The notes: generated from the sequence alone by a model not told the origin. Positions 1-9,843 are shown, counted from the first letter of the stretch. The stretch: 64,000 nt of DNA from an uncultured Acidobacteriota bacterium (GCA_963836075.1 CAWIIB010000001.1:352001-416000); one strand, 5' to 3'. Translations and numbers: made by a program.

Positions 1-345
1 GCCGACCCGGCTTCCGGTGTCGTACCCTTCACCACCCAGTTCACGGCCATGCTGACCAACCTGCTGGCCGGCGAGCAGCGGCAGGTAGCCGGTCGGGTGG
101 ACGTGGTCACGGCCGGCGGGACGCCCTACACCAACTGGCGTGCCGGCTGGACCAACCTCAGCGGCGGCGAAGTCTTCAGCACGGTCTGGAACCAGAACAT
201 CCCGGCCCTCGGTTCTCTGCTGGGCGACAACGTCTTCACCTTCCACGGTTTTGACGTGACCCCCGCCCCGTTCAACCAGCCGCCCTACGCGCCGTCCGGC
301 GACACGGACAGCGAGAGCGCCACGGTGACCGCCACGGCTCCCTGA
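1..345 (+). CDS. 3' end of a probably secreted protein (beta-rich C-terminal domain), 5' truncated by window edge
   Basis: Frame is open from base 1 to TGA 343-345 with strong GC3 codon bias; it ends DVTPAPFNQPPYAPSGDTDSESATVTATAP and is followed by a terminator. Confidence 0.75.
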   Translation, partial: ADPASGVVPFTTQFTAMLTNLLAGEQRQVAGRVDVVTAGGTPYTNWRAGWTNLSGGEVFSTVWNQNIPALGSLLGDNVFTFHGFDVTPAPFNQPPYAPSGDTDSESATVTATAP

Positions 346-368
346 GCGGCCCCATAACATGGCAAACC

Positions 369-406
369 GCCCCTCCCGGCCTCCGTGCCCGGAGGGGCTT
401 TTTTTT
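369..406 (+). terminator. Intrinsic terminator
   Basis: GCCCCTCC...GGAGGGGC stem followed by a T8 run, between convergent genes. Confidence 0.85.
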
Positions 407-439
407 AGTGTTTTTCAGGGACAGTGACCATTTCGATGC

Positions 440-2680
440 TCAGAGCAGGTGGTAGGGGTCCACATCAATCTGCAGGGCGGAGGGGCTGTAGCGCGGCAGA
501 CGGGCAGCCTGGTCCAGGGCCCGGCGGAGAAAGGCGTGCAGCCGGCCGCGATGGGGGGAGCGGAGAATGATCTGGTGCCGGTACCAGGTCTTGATCTTCC
601 ACAGCGGGGCCGGCACCGGACCGAGGATGCGCACCCCTCCTGGCGGGTGGAGGCTGCGCAGCAGACGTCCCAGGTCACCGGCGAACTCGCCGGCCCTCAG
701 CGGGTCGCGGCCGCGAACCACGATAGAGCACATGCTGGATGCCGGCGGGTAGCCGATACTGCGCCGGCTGCGTATTTCCCGGCGATAGAAGGCCGGGTAG
801 TCCTGCTCGCTGGCGCAGCGGATGGAGAAGTGATCCGGGGTGAAGGTCTGGATCACCACCTCCCCCCGCCGGCGCCCGCGTCCGGCCCGGCCCGCCGCCT
901 GGGTCAGCAACTGGAAGGTGCGTTCGCCGGTGCGGAAGTCGGGAATACCGAGGCTGCTGTCGGCGTTGAGGATACCCACCAGGGTGACATTGGGAAAATC
1001 GTGACCCTTGGCAATCATCTGGGTTCCCACCAGCACCGAGGTGGCCCCGGCGGCAAAATCACCCAGAATGTTCCATGACCGGGTTCCCCGGGCCGTGTCC
1101 TGGTCCAGCCGGTCCACCCGCCGCTCGGGAAAAAGGAGCCGCAGCTCCTCCTCCACCTGCTCAGTCCCGCAGCCCATCTGCTGGAGAAAGGTACCGTTGC
1201 AGGCCTCGCAGGTGCCGCTGTATGGTTTCTGGTGACCGCAGTGGTGGCAGCGCAGCCGGTCGTCGCCCCGGTGCCAGGTCAGCTTGACGCTGCAATTGCT
1301 GCACCCGGCCACGGCGCCGCACTCGCGGCAGACCAGGAAGGCGGCGTAGCCCCGGCGGTTGAGCAGGATCATCGCCTGCTCCCCCCGGGAAACCGCACTC
1401 TCCAGTTTTTCGATCAGCCGTTCGGAGAGGATCACCTGCTTCCCGCGGCGACGGAACTCGTCGGCCATGTCCACCACCTCGATGGCGGCCAGCGGACGGC
1501 GGTGAATCCGGTGCTCCAGTTTCAGCAGGCTGTATTTCCCGCTCTCAGCGTTGAAATACGACTCCATGGAGGGTGTGGCCGATCCCAGAATGGCCACGGC
1601 CTTTTCCCGCTGGGCGCGGACCAGGGCCATGTCCCGGGCGTGGAACCTGGGGCTGTCACCGGCCTTGTAGGTGGTCTCGTGCTCCTCGTCCACCACCACC
1701 AGGCCGAGGTCGCGCAGCGGGGCGAACAGGGCCGACCGGACCCCCAGCACAACCCGCACCTTCCCCGCCCGCACCTGGCGCCACTGCTCCCGCCGCTGGG
1801 CCGTGGTCTGCCCGCTGTGGATCAGTCCGGCCAGGCTGCCGAAGCGGTTGTTGATCTCCCGGGCCAGCAGTGGCGTGAGTGCGATCTCGGGCACCAGGTA
1901 GAGGACGCTCTTTCCAGCTGCCAGCACGGCCTCCGCCGCCCGGAGGTAGACTTCGGTCTTGCCGCTGCCGGTGACCCCGTGGAGCAGAAATGCGGCGAAT
2001 CCACTCTGCCCCACGGCTGCGGACAACTGGTCCACAGCCGCCGACTGTTCGGGGGTAAGCTCCAGTGGCCCGGTGCCGGCTGGCGTTTCAACGTCCTGGT
2101 CCACGGCAACGGTGCGGATGTGGACCAGCCCTGCAGCGGCCATCTGCCTCAGCACCGCCAGGGGGACCCGGCAGGCCTCGCGCAGCTCTCCGGCCTCCGC
2201 TTCGGACCGCGGACGCTGCTCGAGATACTCCAGCACCCGGCGGCGTGCCTTCTGGTTCGCCGGCATGCTGTCCGCCGGCCGTGCGTCCGGCAGCCGGCGC
2301 ACCAGGGTGGTTTCCAGCGGTGGCGGCAGCTTGCCGCCGGGGGGCAGGGCCGCGGCCAGCAGTTCACCCCAGGCGCAGAGGTAGTAGTCGGCCATCCAGC
2401 GGGTCAGCGACATCATTCGCCGGTCCACCAGCGGTTCACCGTCGATCAGTTCCAGAATCGGCTTGACCCGCGAGGGATCGATGTCCGGCTCGTCGACGAG
2501 GCTGGTGACAAAACCCACTGCGGTGCCCGTGCCGCGGCCCAGGGGCACCCGTACCCGGGCCCCGGTTCTCACCTGGCTGGCGATGAGGGGTGGAACGCTG
2601 TAGGTGAAGAGCCGGGGGACCGGACGGACAAGAGCGATGCTGGCGTACCGCTCCGGTGGATCGCGCCGCTCACCCTTCAT
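440..2680 (-). CDS. priA: Primosomal protein N' (replication restart helicase)
   Basis: LHGVTGSGKTEVY, DEEHE, GSATPS, four CxxC zinc motifs, GTQMIAKGHDFPNV, QAAGRAGR. Confidence 0.97.
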   Translation of the reverse strand: MKGERRDPPERYASIALVRPVPRLFTYSVPPLIASQVRTGARVRVPLGRGTGTAVGFVTSLVDEPDIDPSRVKPILELIDGEPLVDRRMMSLTRWMADYYLCAWGELLAAALPPGGKLPPPLETTLVRRLPDARPADSMPANQKARRRVLEYLEQRPRSEAEAGELREACRVPLAVLRQMAAAGLVHIRTVAVDQDVETPAGTGPLELTPEQSAAVDQLSAAVGQSGFAAFLLHGVTGSGKTEVYLRAAEAVLAAGKSVLYLVPEIALTPLLAREINNRFGSLAGLIHSGQTTAQRREQWRQVRAGKVRVVLGVRSALFAPLRDLGLVVVDEEHETTYKAGDSPRFHARDMALVRAQREKAVAILGSATPSMESYFNAESGKYSLLKLEHRIHRRPLAAIEVVDMADEFRRRGKQVILSERLIEKLESAVSRGEQAMILLNRRGYAAFLVCRECGAVAGCSNCSVKLTWHRGDDRLRCHHCGHQKPYSGTCEACNGTFLQQMGCGTEQVEEELRLLFPERRVDRLDQDTARGTRSWNILGDFAAGATSVLVGTQMIAKGHDFPNVTLVGILNADSSLGIPDFRTGERTFQLLTQAAGRAGRGRRRGEVVIQTFTPDHFSIRCASEQDYPAFYRREIRSRRSIGYPPASSMCSIVVRGRDPLRAGEFAGDLGRLLRSLHPPGGVRILGPVPAPLWKIKTWYRHQIILRSPHRGRLHAFLRRALDQAARLPRYSPSALQIDVDPYHLL

Positions 2681-3407
2681 CGGCGCCTCGCGGCTGGTTG
2701 AGCAGGTCGCGCACCAGCTGCATGTCCTCCCAGACCGGCCGCTTGGCCTGCGGGTTGCGCAGCAGGTAGGCGGGGTGGTAGGTGGGCATCAGCAGTCTGC
2801 CGCGGTACTCGTGGAACCGCCCGCGCAGTTTGGAGATGGGACGTTCCGTATCAAGCAGTGTCCGGGCGGCGTAAGCGCCCAGGGCGACGATCACCCGGGG
2901 CTGTATCGATTCGATCTGGCGGAAGAGAAACGGCGAGCAGGTCGTCACCTCCTCCGCTTCAGGGTCCCGGTTGCCCGGCGGGCGGCATTTAAGAATATTG
3001 GCGATAAATACGTCCTCGCGGCTCAGGCCGATGGCTTCGATGATTTTGGTCAGCAACTGGCCGGCCCGGCCCACAAATGCCTGCCCCTGAAGGTCCTCGT
3101 CACGACCCGGGGCCTCGCCGACAAACATCAGGTCGGCAGCGGGGTTCCCCTGGCCGAACACCAGTTTTGTCCGGCCCTGGGCCAACTGGCAGCGCTGGCA
3201 GTCACCCAGGTCCACACGAATCATATCCAGGGTTTCCATGTCCGAATCCTGTTCCGCCGGCGTTTGCTCGACAGTGGGGTGTGGCGCAAGGGGAGCCAGG
3301 CCGGGACAACCGGTATGATCGAGAAACTCGAGCCAGCCCCTGACCTGGCCCAGCAGGTCTCCTGCCGCCGGATCACTCTTCTTTTCGACTTTCTTTTCGA
3401 CGGTCAT
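2670..3407 (-). CDS. Uracil-DNA glycosylase family 4 (4Fe-4S)
   Basis: CQRC, FVGEAPG, NILKCRPPGNRDP and YHPAY motifs. Confidence 0.95.
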   Translation of the reverse strand: MTVEKKVEKKSDPAAGDLLGQVRGWLEFLDHTGCPGLAPLAPHPTVEQTPAEQDSDMETLDMIRVDLGDCQRCQLAQGRTKLVFGQGNPAADLMFVGEAPGRDEDLQGQAFVGRAGQLLTKIIEAIGLSREDVFIANILKCRPPGNRDPEAEEVTTCSPFLFRQIESIQPRVIVALGAYAARTLLDTERPISKLRGRFHEYRGRLLMPTYHPAYLLRNPQAKRPVWEDMQLVRDLLNQPRGADEG

Positions 3408-4620
3408 GGAGTAGCGCTCCGGCCTGTCTGAGGATGACCAGGGCCATCCGGTCCTTGGTCATCCGCTCGATCTCCGTGCGGCTCCCGTCGCGGTCCAGCA
3501 GCACACCAGCGTTCTCGTCGGTCCCGAAGCCGGTACCCGGCTGCCCCACCCGGTTGGCCAGGATTAGATCCAGGCCCTTGCGGTGCAGCTTGTCCATGGC
3601 CGCCGGCTCAAACTCTTTCGCAGTCTCGGCGGCGAAACCCACCAGCACCTGGCTCCCGGTGCGGATGGCCCCGGCCTCGGCCAGGATGTCCCCTGTTCGC
3701 CTGAGGTCCAGGCGCATCGGCCCATCCCCCTTGCGGATCTTTTCCCCGGCCACGCACTCCGGCCGGTAATCGGCAGGAGCGGCGGCCATCAGCAGCAGGT
3801 CGGTGTCGGGGAAAACCCGCAGCACTTCGCGGTGCATCTCCTCGCAACTGACAACGCTGACCAGCTGGACACCGGTCGGCGGGGGCAGGGCCACCGGGCC
3901 GCTGACCAGGGTGACCCGGGCACCCAGGCGGGCCGCCTGCCGGGCCAGAGCGTAGCCCATTTTTCCGCTGGAATGGTTGGTCAGGAACCGAACCGGATCG
4001 ATGGCTTCTCGGGTGGGCCCGGCGGTGACCGTAACCCTGAACCCGGCGAGCAGGTTGCTCTCTCCTTCACCACCAAGCGCACCGAGCAGCAGCCGGACCA
4101 CCCGTTGAGGTTCGGCCAGACGGCCGGGGCCGATGTCGCCGCAAGCCAGAAACCCGCTCTCCGGTTCGATGATCTCAACGCCCCGCCGGCGGAGAACATC
4201 GAGATTGTGCCGCACCGCCGGGTGCTGATACATCACGGTGTTCATCGCCGGGGCGATGTAGACCGGGCCGTCGTAGGCCGTGTAGAAGGTGGAGAGGAAA
4301 TCGTCGGCGATCCCGCAGGCGAACTTGCCGATGATGTTTGCCGTGGCCGGCGCCACCAGCAGGCAGGAGGCCTGTTTGGCCAGCGAGACGTGCTCCACGT
4401 CCCACTCCCGGTTGACGCCGTCGAACTGCTCGAGGAGCACCCGGTTTCCGGAGAGGGTCTGCAGGGTCAGGGGGGTAATGAACTGCGTGGCGTTGGCGGT
4501 CATCAGCACGGTGACCGCCGCACCGCCGGTCCGCAGTCCCCGCACGATCCCCGCCGCTTTGTAGGCCCCGATACCACCGGAAACCCCCAGGGCCACGTGG
4601 ATGGTCGCCTCCTCAGTCAT
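3373..4620 (-). CDS. coaBC: Phosphopantothenoylcysteine decarboxylase/ligase
   Basis: GVSGGIGAYK, APATAN, PAMNTVMY, LACGDIGPGRL, TAGPTREAIDPVRFLTNHSSGKMG and VGFAAET; ATG 4620 chosen as start. Confidence 0.97.
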   Translation of the reverse strand: MTEEATIHVALGVSGGIGAYKAAGIVRGLRTGGAAVTVLMTANATQFITPLTLQTLSGNRVLLEQFDGVNREWDVEHVSLAKQASCLLVAPATANIIGKFACGIADDFLSTFYTAYDGPVYIAPAMNTVMYQHPAVRHNLDVLRRRGVEIIEPESGFLACGDIGPGRLAEPQRVVRLLLGALGGEGESNLLAGFRVTVTAGPTREAIDPVRFLTNHSSGKMGYALARQAARLGARVTLVSGPVALPPPTGVQLVSVVSCEEMHREVLRVFPDTDLLLMAAAPADYRPECVAGEKIRKGDGPMRLDLRRTGDILAEAGAIRTGSQVLVGFAAETAKEFEPAAMDKLHRKGLDLILANRVGQPGTGFGTDENAGVLLDRDGSRTEIERMTKDRMALVILRQAGALLHDRRKESRKEE

Positions 4621-4999
4621 CGTCTTCGTCGTTGTCCACCAGATCCAGGTCTTCCTCGTCGGACGACACCAGGGCTTTCGCCTTTTTGGCCTCCGGTACC
4701 GGGTTGTCATCCTCGTCGCTCTCGGTGATGATCACCAGCGGCGGATCGATGTCCAGTGGGGCGGCCATGTCACCTTCGAGGAATACGTCGCTGTCGTAAT
4801 TTTCAACCTGGGTATCCAGTGCCTCCTCGATGATCTCGAAATCGATCATTCCCCGCCGGACTTCCTCCAGCGCCACATAGGCCCACTTCTTCGAGGTGGT
4901 TTCAAACTTCGGCCGGGCGCCGCGATGCAGTTGCTCGCAACGCTTGGCCGCGATGGTAATCAGTCTAAACTTGCTGTCCATTTCATTCTGCGGCACCAT
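4613..4999 (-). CDS. rpoZ: RNA polymerase omega subunit with acidic C-terminal tail
   Basis: DSKFRLITIAAKRCEQL...ALEEV; lies between gmk and coaBC; GGAGGAGG Shine-Dalgarno (SD) upstream. Confidence 0.9.
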   Translation of the reverse strand: MVPQNEMDSKFRLITIAAKRCEQLHRGARPKFETTSKKWAYVALEEVRRGMIDFEIIEEALDTQVENYDSDVFLEGDMAAPLDIDPPLVIITESDEDDNPVPEAKKAKALVSSDEEDLDLVDNDEDDD

Positions 5000-5055
5000 G
5001 TTCACCCCTTTCCTCCTCCGGTATCCCGAAGCGGCGGCGGCTTCCCCGGGCACGG

Positions 5056-5694
5056 TCACCGTGCCGGAAACAACGCGCCGATCTCGCCCATCATCCTCCG
5101 CGACCGCGTCCGGGCGGCGCTGACGATGCAGGCGAACTGTTGATAGCAGACATCCAGGTCGTCGTTGATCAGTACGTGGTCAAACTCACCGGCGCGGGAG
5201 ATCTCGTCCAGCGAGTTCTCCAGCCGCGTCCGAATGTTTTCCTCCGAGTCGGTCTCGCGAAGCCTCAACCGTCGTTCCAGTTCCGCCAGGTCCGGCGGAG
5301 CGACAAAAATGCTGATCGCCTCCAGTCCCCCCCTGCGGTCCAGTTGCCGGCGAACCTGCTCGGCGCCCTGGACGTCGATGTCCAGCAGCACGTCGTCTCC
5401 GCGCCGCAGCAGCCGTTCCACCTCTTCACGGGAGGTGCCGTACAGATTCCCGTGGACCGTGGCATATTCCAGAAAGAGTCCCTGGTCCACCGCCTCCTGG
5501 AAACGCTCCCGGCTGACAAAACAGTAGTCCTTGCCCTCCGTTTCCCCGGCCCGCGGCGTTCTTGAGGTCCAGGAGACCGAAAAGGCCAGCGAGGGCAACC
5601 GTTCAAGGGCCCGGGTGACCAGGCTGGTTTTTCCCGACCCGGACGGGCCGGCCACCACCATCAGATTTCCCCGCCCCCCGTTGATCAGGCCCAT
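5056..5694 (-). CDS. gmk: Guanylate kinase
   Basis: GPSGSGKT, TSRTPRAGETEGKDY, GNLYGT, LDIDVQGA. Confidence 0.97.
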   Translation of the reverse strand: MGLINGGRGNLMVVAGPSGSGKTSLVTRALERLPSLAFSVSWTSRTPRAGETEGKDYCFVSRERFQEAVDQGLFLEYATVHGNLYGTSREEVERLLRRGDDVLLDIDVQGAEQVRRQLDRRGGLEAISIFVAPPDLAELERRLRLRETDSEENIRTRLENSLDEISRAGEFDHVLINDDLDVCYQQFACIVSAARTRSRRMMGEIGALFPAR

Positions 5695-5706
5695 GGGCCG
5701 CTTCCC

Positions 5707-6597
5707 TCACTCGAGGTTGAGCACCTGTTCCCGGACTTTCTCCAGGTCGGACTTCATTTCGATAACCATGGCCGAAAGCTCCGGCATACGGACCTTCGAC
5801 CCGGTGGTGTTGACTTCGCGGTGGATCTCCTGCAGCAGGAACTCCAGGCGTCGTCCGGCGGGGCTGCCCCCCTCCAGGGCCTGGCGGAAGGCCTGGAAAT
5901 GACTCTCCAGTCGCACCAGCTCCTCGGTGACGTCTCCACGGTCAGCGTAGAAGATCACCTCCTGCATCAACCGTTCCTGGTCCAGGTCCACCTCCGCGTC
6001 CAATTCGCTCAACCGCTGGCGCAGGCGCTCCAGCAGCAAGCGGGAGACATCGGCGGCCATCTCCTTCAGCCGGCCGAGACCCTGTTCCAGACTGTCCAGC
6101 CGCTGCAGCAGATCTGTGGCCAGAGCCTGGCCCTCCACGGCCTTGGAGTCCTCCAGCGATATCACGCCCTGGTCGAGGGCCTGGAATACCGCCGGCAGGT
6201 CGTCCGCCGAGAACTCGGCGGAACCGCTCTCCTGCTGGACGACTCCGGGCAACCTGAGCAGCGTGCCCATATCCAGTGTTCCCTCGAGGCCCAGTTCCGC
6301 TCCCAGATCGCCGGCCGCGGACAGCATCTTCAAGGCCTGCTCACGGTTGATCGACGGCAGGTCCGCCGTCCCGGTCTCCCGGACCAGACGCACCGAGACT
6401 TCGAGCTTTCCCCGTCGCGAGTCGCGACCCAGGTGCCGGCGGATCGCCGGCTCGTGCAGCGACAGGTCGGAGGGCAGCCGCAGCTGCACTTCGGAGTGCC
6501 GATGGTTGATCGATCGCATGATGACCCGCACTTCGAAAACGCCAGTTTTTTCGGCCCGGCCCTCGCCGAAACCGGTCATGCTCCGAATCACCGACAT
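5707..6597 (-). CDS. yicC: YicC/YloC family endoribonuclease
   Basis: IRSMTGFG N-terminus, RSINHR, GRRLEFLLQEIHREVNTTGSK, REQVLNLE C-terminus. Confidence 0.95.
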   Translation of the reverse strand: MSVIRSMTGFGEGRAEKTGVFEVRVIMRSINHRHSEVQLRLPSDLSLHEPAIRRHLGRDSRRGKLEVSVRLVRETGTADLPSINREQALKMLSAAGDLGAELGLEGTLDMGTLLRLPGVVQQESGSAEFSADDLPAVFQALDQGVISLEDSKAVEGQALATDLLQRLDSLEQGLGRLKEMAADVSRLLLERLRQRLSELDAEVDLDQERLMQEVIFYADRGDVTEELVRLESHFQAFRQALEGGSPAGRRLEFLLQEIHREVNTTGSKVRMPELSAMVIEMKSDLEKVREQVLNLE

Positions 6598-6654
6598 CGC
6601 TACCCCTCCGGCCGTTGTCCCACCCTGGACAGGACACATGGTTCAAAACGATGC

Positions 6655-6683
6655 AGTTTATGACAGTTTGGTTGAAAGGTCAA
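6655..6683 (-). promoter_or_regulatory. sigma70 promoter of the yicC-gmk-rpoZ-coaBC-udg-priA operon
   Basis: TTGACC-17 nt-TAAACT on the minus strand in an AT-rich intergenic segment. Confidence 0.6.
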
Positions 6684-6703
6684 ACAAAATAACGGCTTTT
6701 GGG

Positions 6704-7822
6704 TCATTCGCCGGAGCGCAGCAGCTGTCTGGCGATCAACCCCCGCTGAATCTCCGATGGGCCGCCGTAGATGGTGGTGACCCGGGCGTCCCGCCAGTAA
6801 CGGGAGGCCGGGTGCCGGTCCCGGCAGGCGCCGGTGCCGGCGTCGGCCAGGCTGGCCTCGGCGGCCCGTATTGCGGACTCTGAACAGAAGAGCTTGGCCA
6901 TGGAGGCTTCGCGCACCGGTGGGGGACCGCCCTGGTCCACCAGCCAGGCGGCCCGCAACATCATCAGGTTTGCCGCTTCCACCCCGGCGGCAGCGGCGGC
7001 CAGCGGCAGGCGGGCGTGCGGTTCGCCCGGTCGTTGCGCTGCATGCTCCAGGGCGCCGCGGCCGATTCCCACACTCTGTGCCGCCACCCCGATCCGTGAG
7101 GCCTGCAGCGCCTCCAGGGCCAGTTTCATCCCCGAGGTTTCGTCACCAAGCAGGCACGAACCGGGCACCGGGGTGTGTTGCAGGGTGAGCCCGGTGACCA
7201 TGGCGGAGCGGAGCCCAAGGGTGCGCTCCGCCGGACCGATGGACAGGCCGGGACTATCCGCGGCGACGATAAAGATCCCGGTGTCCGTGCCGCCCTCGCC
7301 GCGGTCAACCCGGGCCACCACCAGAAAAGAGGAGGCCAGCGTCCCGTTGGTCACCCAGGCCTTCTGCCCGGTCAGACGGTAGCCCGATCCCTCGGGACAG
7401 GCCGCGGCACTGATCCGTGAGGGGTCGGAACCGGCGTCGGGCTCGCTGAGAGCGAAGGCCCCCATCAGGCGGCCCGCCGCCGCCGGGGCGAGGAAGGTCC
7501 GTTTCTGCTCCTCGCTGCCGCAACGCTGCAGCGGCGCGCAGTAGACGAAATTGTTTACGTGCACGGTCACCGCGGTGGAGGGGCAGGCCCGGGCCAGCTC
7601 GCGGATGGCCAGGCAGGCGCTGACCGTGTCCAGCCCCCGGCCGCCGTATTCCCGGGGGACAGCGATACCCATCAGCCCCAGCCGGGCCAGCCGGGGCAGC
7701 AGGACGCGGGGAAAGCGGGACAGCGGCTCGCAGGCGTCGGCCGCCGGCCGGACCTCGCGCTGGGCAAACTCCCGGACCTCGTCGCGAAAGGCGGTCTGCT
7801 CGGCGGTGAGCTCCAGGTTCAA
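6704..7822 (-). CDS. Acyl-CoA dehydrogenase family protein (degenerate C-terminal half)
   Basis: NLELTAEQ, FALSEPDAGSD, GQKAWVTNG, LGLRS, ASMAKLFCSE, YWRDARVTTIYGG; TTG start inferred. Confidence 0.9.
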   Translation of the reverse strand: MNLELTAEQTAFRDEVREFAQREVRPAADACEPLSRFPRVLLPRLARLGLMGIAVPREYGGRGLDTVSACLAIRELARACPSTAVTVHVNNFVYCAPLQRCGSEEQKRTFLAPAAAGRLMGAFALSEPDAGSDPSRISAAACPEGSGYRLTGQKAWVTNGTLASSFLVVARVDRGEGGTDTGIFIVAADSPGLSIGPAERTLGLRSAMVTGLTLQHTPVPGSCLLGDETSGMKLALEALQASRIGVAAQSVGIGRGALEHAAQRPGEPHARLPLAAAAAGVEAANLMMLRAAWLVDQGGPPPVREASMAKLFCSESAIRAAEASLADAGTGACRDRHPASRYWRDARVTTIYGGPSEIQRGLIARQLLRSGE

Positions 7823-7830
7823 TCGCGGCC

Positions 7831-8475
7831 TCACTCCTTCTCCAGGTGATCGAGATACTCCTTGTCGATCAACTCCAGGAATTGCCGCAGCCGCTCCGGC
7901 CGCTCTTCCCCGCGGTACGCCTCGGCGATGATCACATGCTGCAGCTCGCCCACATCCACGTAGGTTTCGTGGGATTCCAGATCGCGGAAACAGCAGTGCC
8001 GGCTTTCTCCGCGGCGGCACCAGGTGATGTCCTTGAATCCGCAGGCCTCCAGTGCCCGGCCCAGCAGTTCCCGGTTCCAGAGGAAGCGGTGGCCCCAGCC
8101 GTGGAAGGCCCTGTTGATCCCCAGGGCCTTCATCCGCTTCTCCTCCTCGTCGAGATCCAGGCGGTAATGGGTGGCCCAGACCCACTCGAGGTTCGGGGTG
8201 GTGATGCGCAGCAGCCCGCGGGGACCGAGGACACGGCGCACCTCCACCAGAAAATGGACCGCCGGCTGCAGGGGCAAATGTTCGAGAAAATGCTCGGCGT
8301 AGACCGCGGCGGCGTCCCGGAAATGCAGGCCCCGGGTCACGTCGGCCACCAGGTCGATACCCGGCCCGTGGTTGCGGTCGATATTGACCCAGCCGGGCAG
8401 GGCCTTGTCCCCGGCGCCGATGTGCAGCAGCAGGCCCGGCCGGCGAAATTTTCTGCGCAGTCTGGAGATGAACAT
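7831..8475 (-). CDS. Class I SAM-dependent methyltransferase (COG4627-like)
   Basis: LHIGAG...GWVNID...DLVAD, HFLEHL, RVLGPRGLLRITTPN. Confidence 0.85.
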   Translation of the reverse strand: MFISRLRRKFRRPGLLLHIGAGDKALPGWVNIDRNHGPGIDLVADVTRGLHFRDAAAVYAEHFLEHLPLQPAVHFLVEVRRVLGPRGLLRITTPNLEWVWATHYRLDLDEEEKRMKALGINRAFHGWGHRFLWNRELLGRALEACGFKDITWCRRGESRHCCFRDLESHETYVDVGELQHVIIAEAYRGEERPERLRQFLELIDKEYLDHLEKE

Positions 8476-8688
8476 TGAGCCCCCGCCCCGCTGCCGATGA
8501 ACCGCTGTCAGAGGGTGGACCCTTTGTAGATGATTTCGGCTCAACTTTCAAATGGGTCCAACGTCCGGGTTCACTTGCCCGGGGCCGGTTCCAGCGGCCC
8601 GGACGATGTGCTACACTTCCCGGGCAGGGGCCGAGAAAACGGGCGACGATCACAAACTGCTCTATTCAGTAGACTTTTCAACACCACA

Positions 8689-9843
8689 ATGCGAATCGCC
8701 ATCGACATCAGGCCGTTCCTCAGCCAGAGCACCGGCGTCGGTGTGCTCTTTGAAAATCTGCTGACCCAGCTGGGCCGCCTGGACAGCATCACCGAGTACC
8801 TGCTCTTCTCCAGCTCATGGAGCCAGCGCCCCCCGCGCGGTCTGTTTGCCGGCTTTCCCAACTTTCTGGTGAGCGACCACCGCCTGCCGGTGCGCCTGCT
8901 CAACCGGTTGTGGCACAACCACCGCTTCCCGCCGCTGGAACTGCTGCTGGGCCGGGTGGATGTGGCCCACTCCCCCCACCCCCTGCTGCTCCCCAGCCGC
9001 CGTGCCCGCACGGTGGTGACGATCCACGACCTGCACTTCCTCGAGCACCCGGAGCAGGTCAGCGGTGAGATCCGCCGCGACTACCCCCGCCTGGTCCGCA
9101 GGAGCGCCGAGGAGGCCGACCTGATCCAGACCGTTTCGGGGTTCACCCGCGACGCCATCATCCGGCTGCTGGGGGTGGCGGAAAACAGGATCCGCATCGT
9201 CGGTCCCGGTGTCACCCCGCCGGAGAACTGTGCCGAACTGCGCCGCCGGCCGTTGCCCGGGCTTGCGGCCGGCGACTACCTGGCCTTTGTGGGCACCCTG
9301 GAACCGCGGAAGAACGTGCCTGCGCTGATCAGGGCCTACGCCAGGCTGGTGGAGGATCTGGGCGACGCCGCACCGGCCCGGTTGGCCCTGGCCGGCGGCG
9401 GCCGGCCGGAGTATGTGCGTACACTGCAGACGCTGGCCCGCGACCTGGGTGTGCTTCAGCGGACCTCCTTTCTCGGGTATTGTTCCCGGGACGACATCTG
9501 GCGCTTCTACGCCGGGGCCGCGGCCCTGGTGATCAGTTCGTCGGTGGAGGGCTTCTGCATCCCCCTGCTGGAAGCCATGGCCGCGGAGATCCCGGTGGTG
9601 GCCGTGGCCACGTCGGCGATCCCCGAGGTGGCCGGGGATGCGGCGCTGCTGGTGCCCGAGGGGGACGATGCGGCTCTTGCCGGGGCCCTGTCCACACTGC
9701 TCGACGACAGCTCGCTGCGCCGGCAGCTGGTTCGCCGCGGGCGGGACCGCTGCCGGCAGTTCACCTGGCAAGGATCCGCGGAAAAGCTGCTGGAACTCTA
9801 CCGGGAGCTGGGCGCAGCGGCAGAGGGAGGGACCGTCCGATGA
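8689..9843 (+). CDS. Glycosyltransferase family 4
   Basis: MRIAID...TGVG, VTIHDL, VGTLEPRKN, EGFCIPLLEAMA. Confidence 0.93.
   Translation: MRIAIDIRPFLSQSTGVGVLFENLLTQLGRLDSITEYLLFSSSWSQRPPRGLFAGFPNFLVSDHRLPVRLLNRLWHNHRFPPLELLLGRVDVAHSPHPLLLPSRRARTVVTIHDLHFLEHPEQVSGEIRRDYPRLVRRSAEEADLIQTVSGFTRDAIIRLLGVAENRIRIVGPGVTPPENCAELRRRPLPGLAAGDYLAFVGTLEPRKNVPALIRAYARLVEDLGDAAPARLALAGGGRPEYVRTLQTLARDLGVLQRTSFLGYCSRDDIWRFYAGAAALVISSSVEGFCIPLLEAMAAEIPVVAVATSAIPEVAGDAALLVPEGDDAALAGALSTLLDDSSLRRQLVRRGRDRCRQFTWQGSAEKLLELYRELGAAAEGGTVR

Noticed and set aside
7835-8653. Long N-terminal extension of the 649-aa acyl-CoA dehydrogenase ORF
   Set aside because: It overlaps the methyltransferase in another frame; the real start is near 7822-7834.
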